A stretch of DNA of 64,000 nucleotides, from contig JASEFX010000008.1 of the NCBI GenBank assembly GCA_030018265.1, forward strand, positions 13,346-77,345, written 5' to 3'. The number at the start of each line of letters is the position of its first letter. Position 1 is the stretch's first letter. The translations under genes were made by a program, and so were the position numbers. The DNA comes from Candidatus Saccharicenans sp. (GTDB lineage: Bacteria; Acidobacteriota; Aminicenantia; Aminicenantales; Saccharicenantaceae). A model generated the notes under the pieces. It did no database searches. It had not been told where the DNA came from and saw only the letters and a program-made list of their open reading frames with translations. This document shows positions 27,813 to 36,749 of the stretch, one piece after another.

Positions 27813-29018
27813 ATGATGTGGGAAGAACTTGCCAGGGAATTAACTCAGCCGACGGACTCGAAAATTATCCTTCTGGTGATGGATGGACTCGGCGGTCTTC
27901 CGGTTAACGGGAAGACCGAACTCGAGACTGCCTCCAGGCCAAACCTGGATGAAACTGCCAGACGCGGTGTTTGCGGTCTGACCGACCCTGTCTATCCGGG
28001 CATTACTCCAGGTTCTGGCCCGGCCCATCTGGCTCTTTTTGGATACGACCCGCTGCGCTATCAGCTCGGCCGCGGTATTCTCGAAGCGATGGGCACCGGA
28101 GTGGAGGTTGGCCGCGATGATGTCGTGGCCCGTGGAAATTTTGCCACCCTGAGCGACGGTATAGTGGTCGACAGGCGCGCCGGCCGGATTTCGACCGAAG
28201 AAAACCAGAGACTCTGCGAATTTATCAACCGTGAACTCAGGGAAATAAGCGGAATTAAGGTCAGCCTTTATCCGGGAAAAGAACACCGCTTTGTTCTGAA
28301 GCTTTCCGGACCTGGACTTTCCGACGCCCTCACCGATGCCGACCCCCAGAAAGAAGGCAAACCCCCTGTGCCGGCTAAACCACTCTGCCAGGAAGCTGAA
28401 TTCACCTCCGAAGTGATTAATAAATTTTTGGAGGAGCTGACAAAACTTCTGGCCAGCCAGCCAAAAGCCAACTTTGCTCTTCTTCGAGGTTTCTCCAAAT
28501 TCCCGTCAAACCTCCCCGCCATGGGAGACCTGTACAAAATTAAACCGGCAGCCATCGCCAGCTATCCGATGTACCGCGGTCTAACCAGACTGCTCGGAAT
28601 GGAAGTGCTCGAAGTCGGGCCGGAAACTGAAGATATTTTCAACGTCCTGGAGAAAAATTACGAGCGCTTCAATTTCTTCTACCTCCATTACAAAAAAACA
28701 GATTCTGCCGGGGAGGACGGACGGTTTGAAGATAAGGTTAAAGCGATTGAAGAAATAGACCGTTTTATTCCCCGTCTCTGGCAGCTCAAGCCCGATGTTC
28801 TGGTTATTACCTCAGACCACTCAACCCCTTCGGTTCTTAAATCCCACTCCTGGCATCCCAACCCGTTTGTGCTCGTATCAGACCGGGCGCCGGCCGATGA
28901 AGTGACCCGGTTCACCGAGAAAGATTGTGCTCGTGGAAGTCTCGGTCGTTTTCCCTCGCTTCAGGCGATGCCGCTGATGTTAGCCTGCGCCCTGAAGTTA
29001 AAAAAATTCGGCGCCTGA
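27813..29018 (+). CDS. apgM: ApgM-family metalloenzyme: cofactor-independent phosphoglycerate mutase, or the related 'proposed homoserine kinase' subfamily
   Basis: 401 aa. N-terminal KIILLVMDGLGGLP and C-terminal ITSDHSTP...HSWHP motifs of the archaeal-type iPGM/alkaline phosphatase superfamily. Confidence 0.8.
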   Translation: MMWEELARELTQPTDSKIILLVMDGLGGLPVNGKTELETASRPNLDETARRGVCGLTDPVYPGITPGSGPAHLALFGYDPLRYQLGRGILEAMGTGVEVGRDDVVARGNFATLSDGIVVDRRAGRISTEENQRLCEFINRELREISGIKVSLYPGKEHRFVLKLSGPGLSDALTDADPQKEGKPPVPAKPLCQEAEFTSEVINKFLEELTKLLASQPKANFALLRGFSKFPSNLPAMGDLYKIKPAAIASYPMYRGLTRLLGMEVLEVGPETEDIFNVLEKNYERFNFFYLHYKKTDSAGEDGRFEDKVKAIEEIDRFIPRLWQLKPDVLVITSDHSTPSVLKSHSWHPNPFVLVSDRAPADEVTRFTEKDCARGSLGRFPSLQAMPLMLACALKLKKFGA

Positions 29019-29052
29019 TTTCTGGCAGAATTTTATCGGTCTAAATTCTCGC

Positions 29053-29081
29053 TTGCTGCTATATTTGATATTAAAGATAAT
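29053..29081 (+). promoter_or_regulatory. Candidate promoter (TTGCTG-N17-GATAAT) of the amiC operon
   Basis: -35 at 29053-29058 and -10 at 29076-29081, with 8 nt to the ATG at 29090 and no SD. Confidence 0.35.
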
Positions 29082-29089
29082 ATTGTTTA

Positions 29090-30328
29090 ATGCCAGAGAA
29101 AAAGGCGTTGGTCAGGCTTTTGATATTTTCCCTGATCCTGTTCTCTTTTGAGACTTCAGCCCGGCAGTCAGACCCCAGGGCTGAGGTTTTAAGCATCCGC
29201 TTCCATCAGCATCCGGAGTTCTTCCGGGTGGTCCTGGAAATAGAGAAGGTTAGAGAGTTTTATTCGGCCAGTTTGAAGGACCCTGAAAGGCTTTTCGTAG
29301 ATATATTTCAGGCAAAGCTCAAACCCGGACTCCATGGTACATCAGCCGAGATAAAATCTCCCCAGGTGAAGGCGCTTCGCCTCGCTCAGAAAAACCCTTC
29401 GACGGTCCGGCTGACGCTCGAACTGATCCCCGGCCCCGGACATAAAGAAAAAATTTATTATCTTACGAACCCGACGAGGCTGGTAATAGACGTTTATCCT
29501 GAGACTGGAGCCAGAAGCCCCGCCTCACCGCCCGTTACCCCGAGCTCGTCGAGCATGGCAGCCCGCGAAAACCAGCAAAAAGGGGAGACTGCCGGCAAGC
29601 CTCCGGAACCAGCCTCAACCGGCTATTCTCTGGTGAGACAGCTCGGACTCGGAGTGAAACGCATCGTAATCGACCCGGGCCACGGGGGACAGGACCCGGG
29701 CTGCATCAGTCCCTCCGGTCTTAAGGAAAAGGATGTGGCTCTCGACCTGGCCAGAAGGCTCAAAGCGATGCTGGAAAAAGAAGGAAATTTTGAAGTTTTC
29801 CTCACCCGGGAAACCGACATCACCCTGCCGCTCGAAAAACGCACTGCTTTCGCCAATGAGAAAAAGGCTGACCTGTTCATTTCGATTCATCTTAATGCCA
29901 GTCCGCGCAAAAACCGCACCGGCGTGGAAACCTTCTACTTAAATTTCAGCCCGGACCCGGCCGTGAACGAACTGGCCGCGCGGGAGAACGCCTCATCTTC
30001 AAAAAACATCCACGAATTAAAATCCATCGTGGATAAAATAATCAAAAACACGAAATATGAAGAATCCCGCGACCTGGCTGAGAAAGTTCACAAACATCTC
30101 ATGCAGAACCTGAAACAGAACTTCGGTCCGCGGGAAGACCTTGGAGTCAAAGGTGGACCTTTCTGGGTGCTGATCGGGACTGAAATGCCGGCCATCCTGG
30201 TGGAAGCCTCGCATCTCTCCAACCCGAAAGAAGAAGCCGCGCTCAAAACAGAACCATATCGACAGACGATAGCCACGGGAATTATTCGTGGTATTATTGA
30301 ATACGTAAAATCTCTCGGAAAGGGATAG
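29090..30328 (+). CDS. amiC: N-acetylmuramoyl-L-alanine amidase (AMIN domain + Amidase_3), AmiC-like
   Basis: 412 aa with a signal peptide and an AMIN-like N-domain. A Pro/Ser linker leads to the catalytic IVIDPGHGGQDPG...SIHLNA...EASHLSNP motifs. Confidence 0.9.
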   Translation: MPEKKALVRLLIFSLILFSFETSARQSDPRAEVLSIRFHQHPEFFRVVLEIEKVREFYSASLKDPERLFVDIFQAKLKPGLHGTSAEIKSPQVKALRLAQKNPSTVRLTLELIPGPGHKEKIYYLTNPTRLVIDVYPETGARSPASPPVTPSSSSMAARENQQKGETAGKPPEPASTGYSLVRQLGLGVKRIVIDPGHGGQDPGCISPSGLKEKDVALDLARRLKAMLEKEGNFEVFLTRETDITLPLEKRTAFANEKKADLFISIHLNASPRKNRTGVETFYLNFSPDPAVNELAARENASSSKNIHELKSIVDKIIKNTKYEESRDLAEKVHKHLMQNLKQNFGPREDLGVKGGPFWVLIGTEMPAILVEASHLSNPKEEAALKTEPYRQTIATGIIRGIIEYVKSLGKG

Positions 30329-30331
30329 TCC

Positions 30332-31216
30332 ATGGAAAGACGAGATTTTCTGAAAAACCTGATCATCGGCGGGCTTGCTCTGAAGTTTAATCTGCCGACC
30401 GTCAGCCAGACTCCTTCGCCCGAGCTGGCTGTGGTCGAGGGCGACTCGCCACGAGCGATCACCCGGGAAGCTTTGAAAATTCTCGGCGGGATCTCGCGCT
30501 TTGTCAGGAGGGGAGACCGGGTTCTGATCAAACCGAACATCGGCTGGGACAGGACACCGGAAATGGCTGCCTGCACCAACCCGGAAGTAGTGGCCGCGCT
30601 GGTGGAAATGGCCCTGGAGGCTGGCGCGCGGGAAGTCATCGTCATGGACCATACGATCAACCAGCCCCAGCGCTGCTACACCCGTTCGGGCATCCAGGAA
30701 GCAGCCAGAGCTGCCGGCGCCAGGGTGCTTTACACTGACGAAAAGCGTTTGAAACGGATGAACATAAAGGGCGAGTGGCTAAAAGAGTGGGAGGTTTTTC
30801 AGGACTTCGTGGAAGTTGACCGGCTGATCAACGTGCCGGTGGCGAAGGTTCACAGCCTATCCCGCGTGACCCTCGGGCTGAAAAACTGGCTCGGGGCCAT
30901 CGGCGGTAACAGAAACCAGCTTCACCAGAAAATAGACCAGGCTGTGGTTGACCTAGGAGCCTTTTTTAAGCCAGCACTCACCGTACTCGACGCCTACCGG
31001 GTACTCTTCAGGAATGGTCCGCAGGGAGGAAGAGTATCCGACACCAGACTGCAAAAAACAGTCGTGGCCGGAATTGACCCGGTAGCCGTGGATGCTTACG
31101 GTGCCACTTTCTTTGACCTGAAGCCTCAGGAGTTAACTTTTCTGAAGCTGGCCCAGAACCGCGGGCTGGGAATTTTTGAACTGGAGAAGGTCAAAATTGA
31201 AAAGAGAACGGTCTAA
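30332..31216 (+). CDS. Tat-signal DUF362 domain protein
   Basis: 294 aa. Twin-arginine motif MERRDFLKNLIIGGLAL. The DUF362 core starts at RVLIKPNIGW. Confidence 0.75.
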   Translation: MERRDFLKNLIIGGLALKFNLPTVSQTPSPELAVVEGDSPRAITREALKILGGISRFVRRGDRVLIKPNIGWDRTPEMAACTNPEVVAALVEMALEAGAREVIVMDHTINQPQRCYTRSGIQEAARAAGARVLYTDEKRLKRMNIKGEWLKEWEVFQDFVEVDRLINVPVAKVHSLSRVTLGLKNWLGAIGGNRNQLHQKIDQAVVDLGAFFKPALTVLDAYRVLFRNGPQGGRVSDTRLQKTVVAGIDPVAVDAYGATFFDLKPQELTFLKLAQNRGLGIFELEKVKIEKRTV

Positions 31217-32777
31217 AAAATATTTCTGGTTTCAACGACTTCGTATTCTTACCCAGACTGTATTTTTTCTTCTCTTTTTCATTTTGCTGATGAAAACTCG
31301 TTATCCAGGAGAAGACTATCTGAATACCACGGTCGAGAGATTCTTCCATTTCGACCCGCTCATCCTGACCGCCACGCTGCTGGCTTCCAGAACTTTATAC
31401 GCAGCGTTGCTGCTTTCGCTGATCACGGTTGCCGCCACGCTATTTTTCGGTCGGTTTGTCTGCGGCTGGATCTGCCCTCTTGGCTCCATCCATCAATTTT
31501 TCTCGTTCATATTCAAGAAAAGCAAAATACTGAAACCGAAAAGAGACGACACGGCCAGCCTGGCACCCAAATATTTAATCCTGTTGATCGTGCTGGCTGC
31601 TGCTGCTTTTTCGGTTAACCTGGCCGGCTATCTTGACCCCCTCTCTTTTCTCTATCGTTCCTCAGCCGTTTTCCTCTCGCCGCTGCTGAACATGTTCCTC
31701 TCACACACCATCGAGCTGAGCTACTGGAGCGGGCTGAAAAGCCTGGGCCAGAATCTGAATCAGCTCAGCGGCAATCTGACCCTTAACAGCGTTTTCCAGA
31801 ATGCACTGGTTATCGGGATAGTTTTTCTCGGGGTACTGCTGCTCAATGCTTACAAAGAAAGATTCTGGTGCCGGTATCTGTGTCCAGCCGGCGCTCTGCT
31901 TGGGTTTTTATCCCGCTTCAACCTTTTCAAGCTGAAAATCGACCGGGAAAAATGTATCAACTGTCATCTCTGTTCCATTCACTGTCAGACAAACGCCAGA
32001 CCTTACCCTGAAGGGGAGTGGAGAAGTTCCGAATGTATCTACTGTGAAACCTGCGCCGCCATCTGTCCGACCGCCGCCATCTCCTTCCCCCTTAAATGGC
32101 AGGCTGAAAAAATCAAGGGTGTAGACTTAAACCGCCGCCGGGTGCTGCTTGCAGCCGTCGGCGGATTTCTTCTCGCGCCGGTTTTTAAGATAACGCCGCT
32201 GGCCCGGCGGGCTGCCAGTTCTATCATCAGGCCGCCCGGAGCTCTGCCCGAAGCAGAATTTCTCAGGCGCTGCGTGAAATGTGGAGAATGCATGAAGGTC
32301 TGTCCGACCAACGGTCTTCAGCCGGCTCTCGCTGAAGCCGGACCGGAAGGAGTCTGGACGCCGGTGCTGGTGCCGCGCATCGGCTACTGCGAGTATTACT
32401 GTTCTCTCTGCAGCCAGGTCTGTCCGACCGGAGCCATCAGGGAGCTGACGATAGAAGAAAAAGTTAACGTAAAGATAGGAACCGCCTGGGTGGATAAAAC
32501 TCGCTGCCTTCCTTATGCTCTGGGAAAGCCCTGCATCGTCTGCGAGGAACACTGTCCGGTTTCCCCGAAGGCTATTCAGCTGGTCAGGGTAGAAACCCTT
32601 ACACCCGACGGTCAGATAGCCACCAACCTCGCTCCGTTCGTCAATGTGGAAAGCTGCATCGGATGCGGCATCTGCGAGAATAAATGCGTGGTGCAGGACC
32701 TGCCCGCAATAAGGGTCACCAGCATCGGCGAACACCGGTCGCGTCAGAACCAGCTGATTCTTCCGCTGGTCGAATGA
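31176..32777 (+). CDS. Membrane-bound polyferredoxin (NapH/NosR-like CX3CP membrane domain + multiple 4Fe-4S motifs)
   Basis: 533 aa. Two membrane CX3CP motifs (CGWICPLG, CRYLCPAG). Six cytoplasmic-type cluster motifs (CINCHLCSIHC, CIYCETCAAICP, CVKCGECMKVCP, CSLCSQVCP, CIVCEEHCP, CIGCGICENKC). The start is uncertain because of a 41-nt overlap with the upstream gene. Confidence 0.8.
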   Translation: MNWRRSKLKRERSKKYFWFQRLRILTQTVFFLLFFILLMKTRYPGEDYLNTTVERFFHFDPLILTATLLASRTLYAALLLSLITVAATLFFGRFVCGWICPLGSIHQFFSFIFKKSKILKPKRDDTASLAPKYLILLIVLAAAAFSVNLAGYLDPLSFLYRSSAVFLSPLLNMFLSHTIELSYWSGLKSLGQNLNQLSGNLTLNSVFQNALVIGIVFLGVLLLNAYKERFWCRYLCPAGALLGFLSRFNLFKLKIDREKCINCHLCSIHCQTNARPYPEGEWRSSECIYCETCAAICPTAAISFPLKWQAEKIKGVDLNRRRVLLAAVGGFLLAPVFKITPLARRAASSIIRPPGALPEAEFLRRCVKCGECMKVCPTNGLQPALAEAGPEGVWTPVLVPRIGYCEYYCSLCSQVCPTGAIRELTIEEKVNVKIGTAWVDKTRCLPYALGKPCIVCEEHCPVSPKAIQLVRVETLTPDGQIATNLAPFVNVESCIGCGICENKCVVQDLPAIRVTSIGEHRSRQNQLILPLVE

Positions 32778-32910
32778 TTCTATAAAGAAATCTACACCTG
32801 GATAAATAATTCTCGCTGCCGCCCTGAGGCGCGGTCAGGCGAGGCAAATGCAGCCACTGAATTTTCCAGGACAGAAGCGCTGCTCCTCTGTCCGGACCGC
32901 TGGCCTCAGT

Positions 32911-34152
32911 TCATTCAAACTTTTTCAGCAGCAGACAGGCGTTGGTCCCGCCAAACCCGAAAGAATTGCTAATGGCATAAACGATTTCAGCCGGACGCGC
33001 CCGGTTCGGCACATAATCCAGGTCACATTCCGGGTCGGGGAATTCGTAATTGATGGTCGGCGGCATTACCTGATGAAAAACAGCCAGCGCGGTGATGGCC
33101 GTCTCCACTCCACCGGCTGCACCGAGAAGATGCCCGGTCATCGATTTGGTCGAGCTGACGCCGAGTTTGCGGGCGTGATCGCCAAAGACCTTTTTTATGG
33201 CCAGAGTCTCAATTCTGTCATTGTAAAGAGTGGATGTTCCGTGAGCGTTGATGTACTGAACGTCCTCAGGAGAGATTCCGGCATCGTCCAGCGCCATCTT
33301 CATCACCCTGGCAGCTCCATCGCCATCGGGAGCGGGAGCGGTCACATGATAGGCATCACCGTTCAGTCCGTAGCCAGCAATTTCAGCATATATCCTGGCT
33401 CCGCGTTTAAGGGCGCAACCGAGCTCCTCGAGCAGCAGAATTCCAGCACCTTCGCTCATCACAAAACCGTCTCTCTGAGCGTCGAACGGACGCGAAGCTT
33501 TCTCCGGCTCGTCGTTCCTTTCTGAAAGCGCCTTCATCGTGGAAAAACCGGCCACACTCAGCGGGGTGATGGGTGCTTCGGCTCCACCGGCGATCATCCG
33601 GTCAACAATGCCGAGCTGGATCATGCGGAAAGCTTCCCCGATCGCGTGGGCAGCTGTGCTGCAGGCGGTGGCATTAGACATGTTCGGCCCGCTCGACCCG
33701 TAGCGGATGGAAATGTGTCCTGGAGCTTCGTTTATTATCGTCTGTATGATAAAAAACGGAGAAACCCTTTCCGGCCCTTTTTCCAGCAGCACCCGGTGAG
33801 TTTCCTCGATGGTGCCAATTCCTCCTATGCCTGAACCGACATAAACTCCCGCGCGCTCTCCTCGCAGCAATTCGCGGTCAATCCCAGAATCCTGCACAGC
33901 CAGCTCGGCAGCCGCTATCGCGTACTGAATGAACAGGTCCATCTTCCGGGCTTCTTTACGGTCGATGAATTGCTGCACGTCGAAATTTTTAATTTCTCCC
34001 GCTATTTTAGTCTTGAAATGAGTTGTGTCGAACCTGGAAATCAACCCGATGCCAGAGCGACCCTCGAGCAGAGCCCGCCAGTTAGACTCGACTCCTAAAC
34101 CGAGCGGGCTAACCAGGCCGAGACCCGTAATGACAACTCTTCTTCGCGACAT
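32911..34152 (-). CDS. fabF: 3-oxoacyl-ACP synthase II
   Basis: 413 aa. Active-site Cys context [15 protein letters not shown]. His motifs NAHGTST and GHLLGAAG. Confidence 0.95.
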   Translation of the reverse strand: MSRRRVVITGLGLVSPLGLGVESNWRALLEGRSGIGLISRFDTTHFKTKIAGEIKNFDVQQFIDRKEARKMDLFIQYAIAAAELAVQDSGIDRELLRGERAGVYVGSGIGGIGTIEETHRVLLEKGPERVSPFFIIQTIINEAPGHISIRYGSSGPNMSNATACSTAAHAIGEAFRMIQLGIVDRMIAGGAEAPITPLSVAGFSTMKALSERNDEPEKASRPFDAQRDGFVMSEGAGILLLEELGCALKRGARIYAEIAGYGLNGDAYHVTAPAPDGDGAARVMKMALDDAGISPEDVQYINAHGTSTLYNDRIETLAIKKVFGDHARKLGVSSTKSMTGHLLGAAGGVETAITALAVFHQVMPPTINYEFPDPECDLDYVPNRARPAEIVYAISNSFGFGGTNACLLLKKFE

Positions 34153-34191
34153 GAAAGCAGATTTTACCTTCTTCTTGAAGAAAATCCGGGA

Positions 34192-34440
34192 TTATTTCCC
34201 TTTATAATGTTCCATTATATAGTCAAGAGCCTTGCCCACGGTGTTCAGCTTTTCAGCTTCATCATCCGGAATGCTCAGACCGAATTCGTCTTCAAGAGCC
34301 ATCACCAGCTCGACCGTATCCAGAGAATCCGCACCCAGATCCTGGGTAAAGGAAGCGTTTTCGGTAATCTGATCTTCGCTGATGTTTAGTTTGTCCGCCA
34401 CGATGCTTTTAACCTTCTTCAAGATTTCTTCTCTTTCCAT
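34192..34440 (-). CDS. acpP: Acyl carrier protein
   Basis: 82 aa with the phosphopantetheine site [19 protein letters not shown]. Confidence 0.95.
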   Translation of the reverse strand: MEREEILKKVKSIVADKLNISEDQITENASFTQDLGADSLDTVELVMALEDEFGLSIPDDEAEKLNTVGKALDYIMEHYKGK

Positions 34441-34467
34441 CTTTACCTCCTATGAATTTTTTTATGA

Positions 34468-35208
34468 TTACATATACATACCGCCGTTCACGCTGATCAC
34501 CTGACCGGTGATGTAAGCGGCATCGTCCGAACAGAGAAATTTGACCACCCTGGCCACTTCCACCGGAAGTCCGAATCTCTTCATCGGGATGATATCAAGA
34601 AAAGCTTTCTTGACTTCCTCGGGCAGCTTCTCGGTCATCGGAGTGGCAATGTAACCCGGAGCCACGCAATTTACAGTTATGCCGCGCGGCGCCACCTCTC
34701 GCGCCAGCGATTTGGAGAATCCTATCAGACCGGCTTTGGAGGCGGCATAATTGGTCTGACCGACATTGCCCATCAGGCCGACCACCGAAGCGATGTTGAC
34801 GATACGTCCATAACGGGCATTGAACATCGACTTCAGCGCGGCCCTGCAGAAATTAAAAGCTCCTTTAAGGTTAATCTGAAGCACCAGGTCCCACTCTTCC
34901 TCCTTCATCCTCAATAATAGAGTGTCCCTGGTAATGCCAGCGTTGTTGATCAGATGGTCAATCCTTCCAAGGGAAGAAATCACCTCCTCAACCACCCGGG
35001 TGACGCGAGCGGAATCGGAAACATCAGCTTCGAAGGGAATAGCCTTAATCCCCGCAGCCGACAGACGTTCAGCTACCTGATCAAGCTTTTCCTTCTGAAT
35101 GTCAACCAGAACTACCGTGGCTCCTTCCCGACCGAGTTCCTCCGCTATCGCTTCTCCTATGCCCTGAGAAGCTCCGGTTACCAGCGACACTCTTTCCTTA
35201 AAAATCAT
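34468..35208 (-). CDS. fabG: 3-oxoacyl-ACP reductase
   Basis: 246 aa SDR. TGASQGIGEAIA and YAASKAG motifs, located upstream of acpP-fabF. Confidence 0.9.
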   Translation of the reverse strand: MIFKERVSLVTGASQGIGEAIAEELGREGATVVLVDIQKEKLDQVAERLSAAGIKAIPFEADVSDSARVTRVVEEVISSLGRIDHLINNAGITRDTLLLRMKEEEWDLVLQINLKGAFNFCRAALKSMFNARYGRIVNIASVVGLMGNVGQTNYAASKAGLIGFSKSLAREVAPRGITVNCVAPGYIATPMTEKLPEEVKKAFLDIIPMKRFGLPVEVARVVKFLCSDDAAYITGQVISVNGGMYM

Positions 35209-35650
35209 CCCGCTGCTCCTTCTTAACCTTAATTTTTTAGCTTTTTACTCAACCTGCCGGGCAAACCCGGCTTCAACCCGCGAATGCTTTCCGTCGAGCT
35301 TGATGCCTGACCGGAAAGCAAATCCGGGCCAACCTGCATACGCTTCAGAATAATTTACTTTTTTCAAAAATTTTTTCAACCCTTTTTTTTGACCGGGGCT
35401 GGAGAGTTCGGTCGGGAAGCATGACAGAGGCAGAAATTCGTGCGAAACTCCAGAGACAGACGGACGAAACAGAGCACCACGCTCTATTCCCGGAAAATTG
35501 CTATTCTTTTTTTCTTCAAACACGGGCGCCCGCCCTGCCCTTCCTTTTTCTCGCCCCAACTTCATGACTATTCCCTGCGATCAGACAGGATGTTTAAGGC
35601 CGGACTGGAGCTCACCCTCCGGCTTCTGCCCTCGCCTTCACTCCCGGCGA

Positions 35651-35833
35651 TTACTGTTCCTGACCCTCGATAACCTGACGTCCCTTGTAATAACCGCATT
35701 CCGGACAGGCTCTATGGGGCAGCTTCGGACTGCCGCAATTTGAGCAGAGCGAGAAGGAAGGCAGAATCAGATGGTCGTGAGACCTTCTTTTGCCCTTTCT
35801 TGAATGTGAATGTCTGCGTTTTGGATTAGGCAT
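35651..35833 (-). CDS. rpmF: 50S ribosomal protein L32
   Basis: 60 aa. MPNPKRRHSHSRKGKRRSHD with a CxxC...CxxC zinc ribbon. Confidence 0.95.
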   Translation of the reverse strand: MPNPKRRHSHSRKGKRRSHDHLILPSFSLCSNCGSPKLPHRACPECGYYKGRQVIEGQEQ

Positions 35834-36372
35834 TATTTCTTCTCTCTCAAAAAGAATTTCAGGTTGCCCAGTCTGGGATCAACGCTGCGAAATTCACAGG
35901 CACAGCGGCCCTGGTTAATGACCTCGCCGCAAACCGGGCAAAGGCCCTCGCAATCTTCTGAACAGAGAGGGCGGAAGGGGAAGCTCAGATTAAGCTGCTC
36001 AAGTATAACAGCTCTCAGGTCGAGCTGCTGATGATAGTAGAAAAACCGCTCGAGGTCTTCCTCTTCCAGCTCTTCTTTTAATTCATCCAGCTCTTCCGGA
36101 AGATAGACAAGGTCAAAGGCGGAATCGACGTTGAATTCAAACGGACGCAGGCACCGGCTGCAGGTAAAACTGAGTCTGGTAGTGATCCTGCCCTTCACCA
36201 GCACCTCGGCACCGATTTTCCTGATTTCCACCACCGCATGAGTGGGCTCGAGAAAGACCGCATCCTCTTCGACCAGGTCCAGACCTATAAAGTCGAAATC
36301 CTGGTCGATGTGCAGCCCCTCACGGGGGATTTCGTTGACATCGATAATCATGGTGTTTCCTTTTATGACCAA
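35833..36372 (-). CDS. yceD: YceD/DUF177 family protein (23S rRNA accumulation protein)
   Basis: 179 aa. Acidic, with Cys pairs (CSRC; CSEDCEGLCPVCG) and the conserved position upstream of rpmF. Confidence 0.85.
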   Translation of the reverse strand: MVIKGNTMIIDVNEIPREGLHIDQDFDFIGLDLVEEDAVFLEPTHAVVEIRKIGAEVLVKGRITTRLSFTCSRCLRPFEFNVDSAFDLVYLPEELDELKEELEEEDLERFFYYHQQLDLRAVILEQLNLSFPFRPLCSEDCEGLCPVCGEVINQGRCACEFRSVDPRLGNLKFFLREKK

Positions 36373-36430
36373 GTATTATACCAGCTTGACCCACCTTGTC
36401 AACCTGACCCGGTCAGGGAAATTTCTCCGC

Positions 36431-36458
36431 TTGAAGTCAGGAGCTTTTGGAGTATAAT
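36431..36458 (+). promoter_or_regulatory. Sigma-70-type promoter (TTGAAG-N16-TATAAT) upstream of the small-ORF/polA pair
   Basis: -35 at 36431-36436 and -10 at 36453-36458. The TTG 'start' given in the ORF track (36447) lies inside this promoter. Confidence 0.5.
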
Positions 36459-36491
36459 CACCTCGGAAGTGATCCCGCAAGAAGAGCGGAA

Positions 36492-36749
36492 ATGGAAGGT
36501 TACACGACAGCTATCGAATACAAGGGCCACCTGCTGACGGTTCAGACCCAGGACAAGGGGCCAGCCTTTAATTATGTGGAGTCTCTTATTTTCCTTGGCG
36601 GGAAGGTTATCTTCTCCAGAAGGGCCAGTTATTCTGCCCATCTGAACGACCCCGACCTGCAGGAAACCGTCAAGCGTCTGGTGGAAGAGCTGCACGCTGA
36701 CGTGCTGGACGAAATAGTAGAAGGCAAATACGACCGATTCCTCGAATGA
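36492..36749 (+). CDS. Hypothetical 85-aa protein translationally coupled to polA
   Basis: An ATG at 36492 begins MEGYTTAIEYKGHLLTVQTQDKG.... The stop overlaps the polA start (ATGA). I recognised no family. Confidence 0.5.
   Translation: MEGYTTAIEYKGHLLTVQTQDKGPAFNYVESLIFLGGKVIFSRRASYSAHLNDPDLQETVKRLVEELHADVLDEIVEGKYDRFLE

Noticed and set aside
32861-32885. Hairpin GGACAGA-N11-TCTGTCC between the convergent polyferredoxin and fabF genes, considered as a bidirectional terminator.
   Set aside because: The stem is only 7 bp and there is no U-tract on either strand. The evidence is too weak to annotate.
35245-35565. 106-aa minus-strand ORF in the rpmF-fabG gap, and the idea that the gap encodes SRP RNA, 6S RNA or RNase P RNA.
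   Set aside because: - The ORF has no family resemblance, and a likely promoter lies inside it.
- I compared the region by eye with remembered conserved cores (SRP GGUCCGGAAGGAAGCAGCC; RNase P GAGGAAAGUCCGGGC) and found only weak partial similarity such as CCUGACCGGAAAGCAAAUCCGGGCC.
- That is not enough to call an RNA gene.
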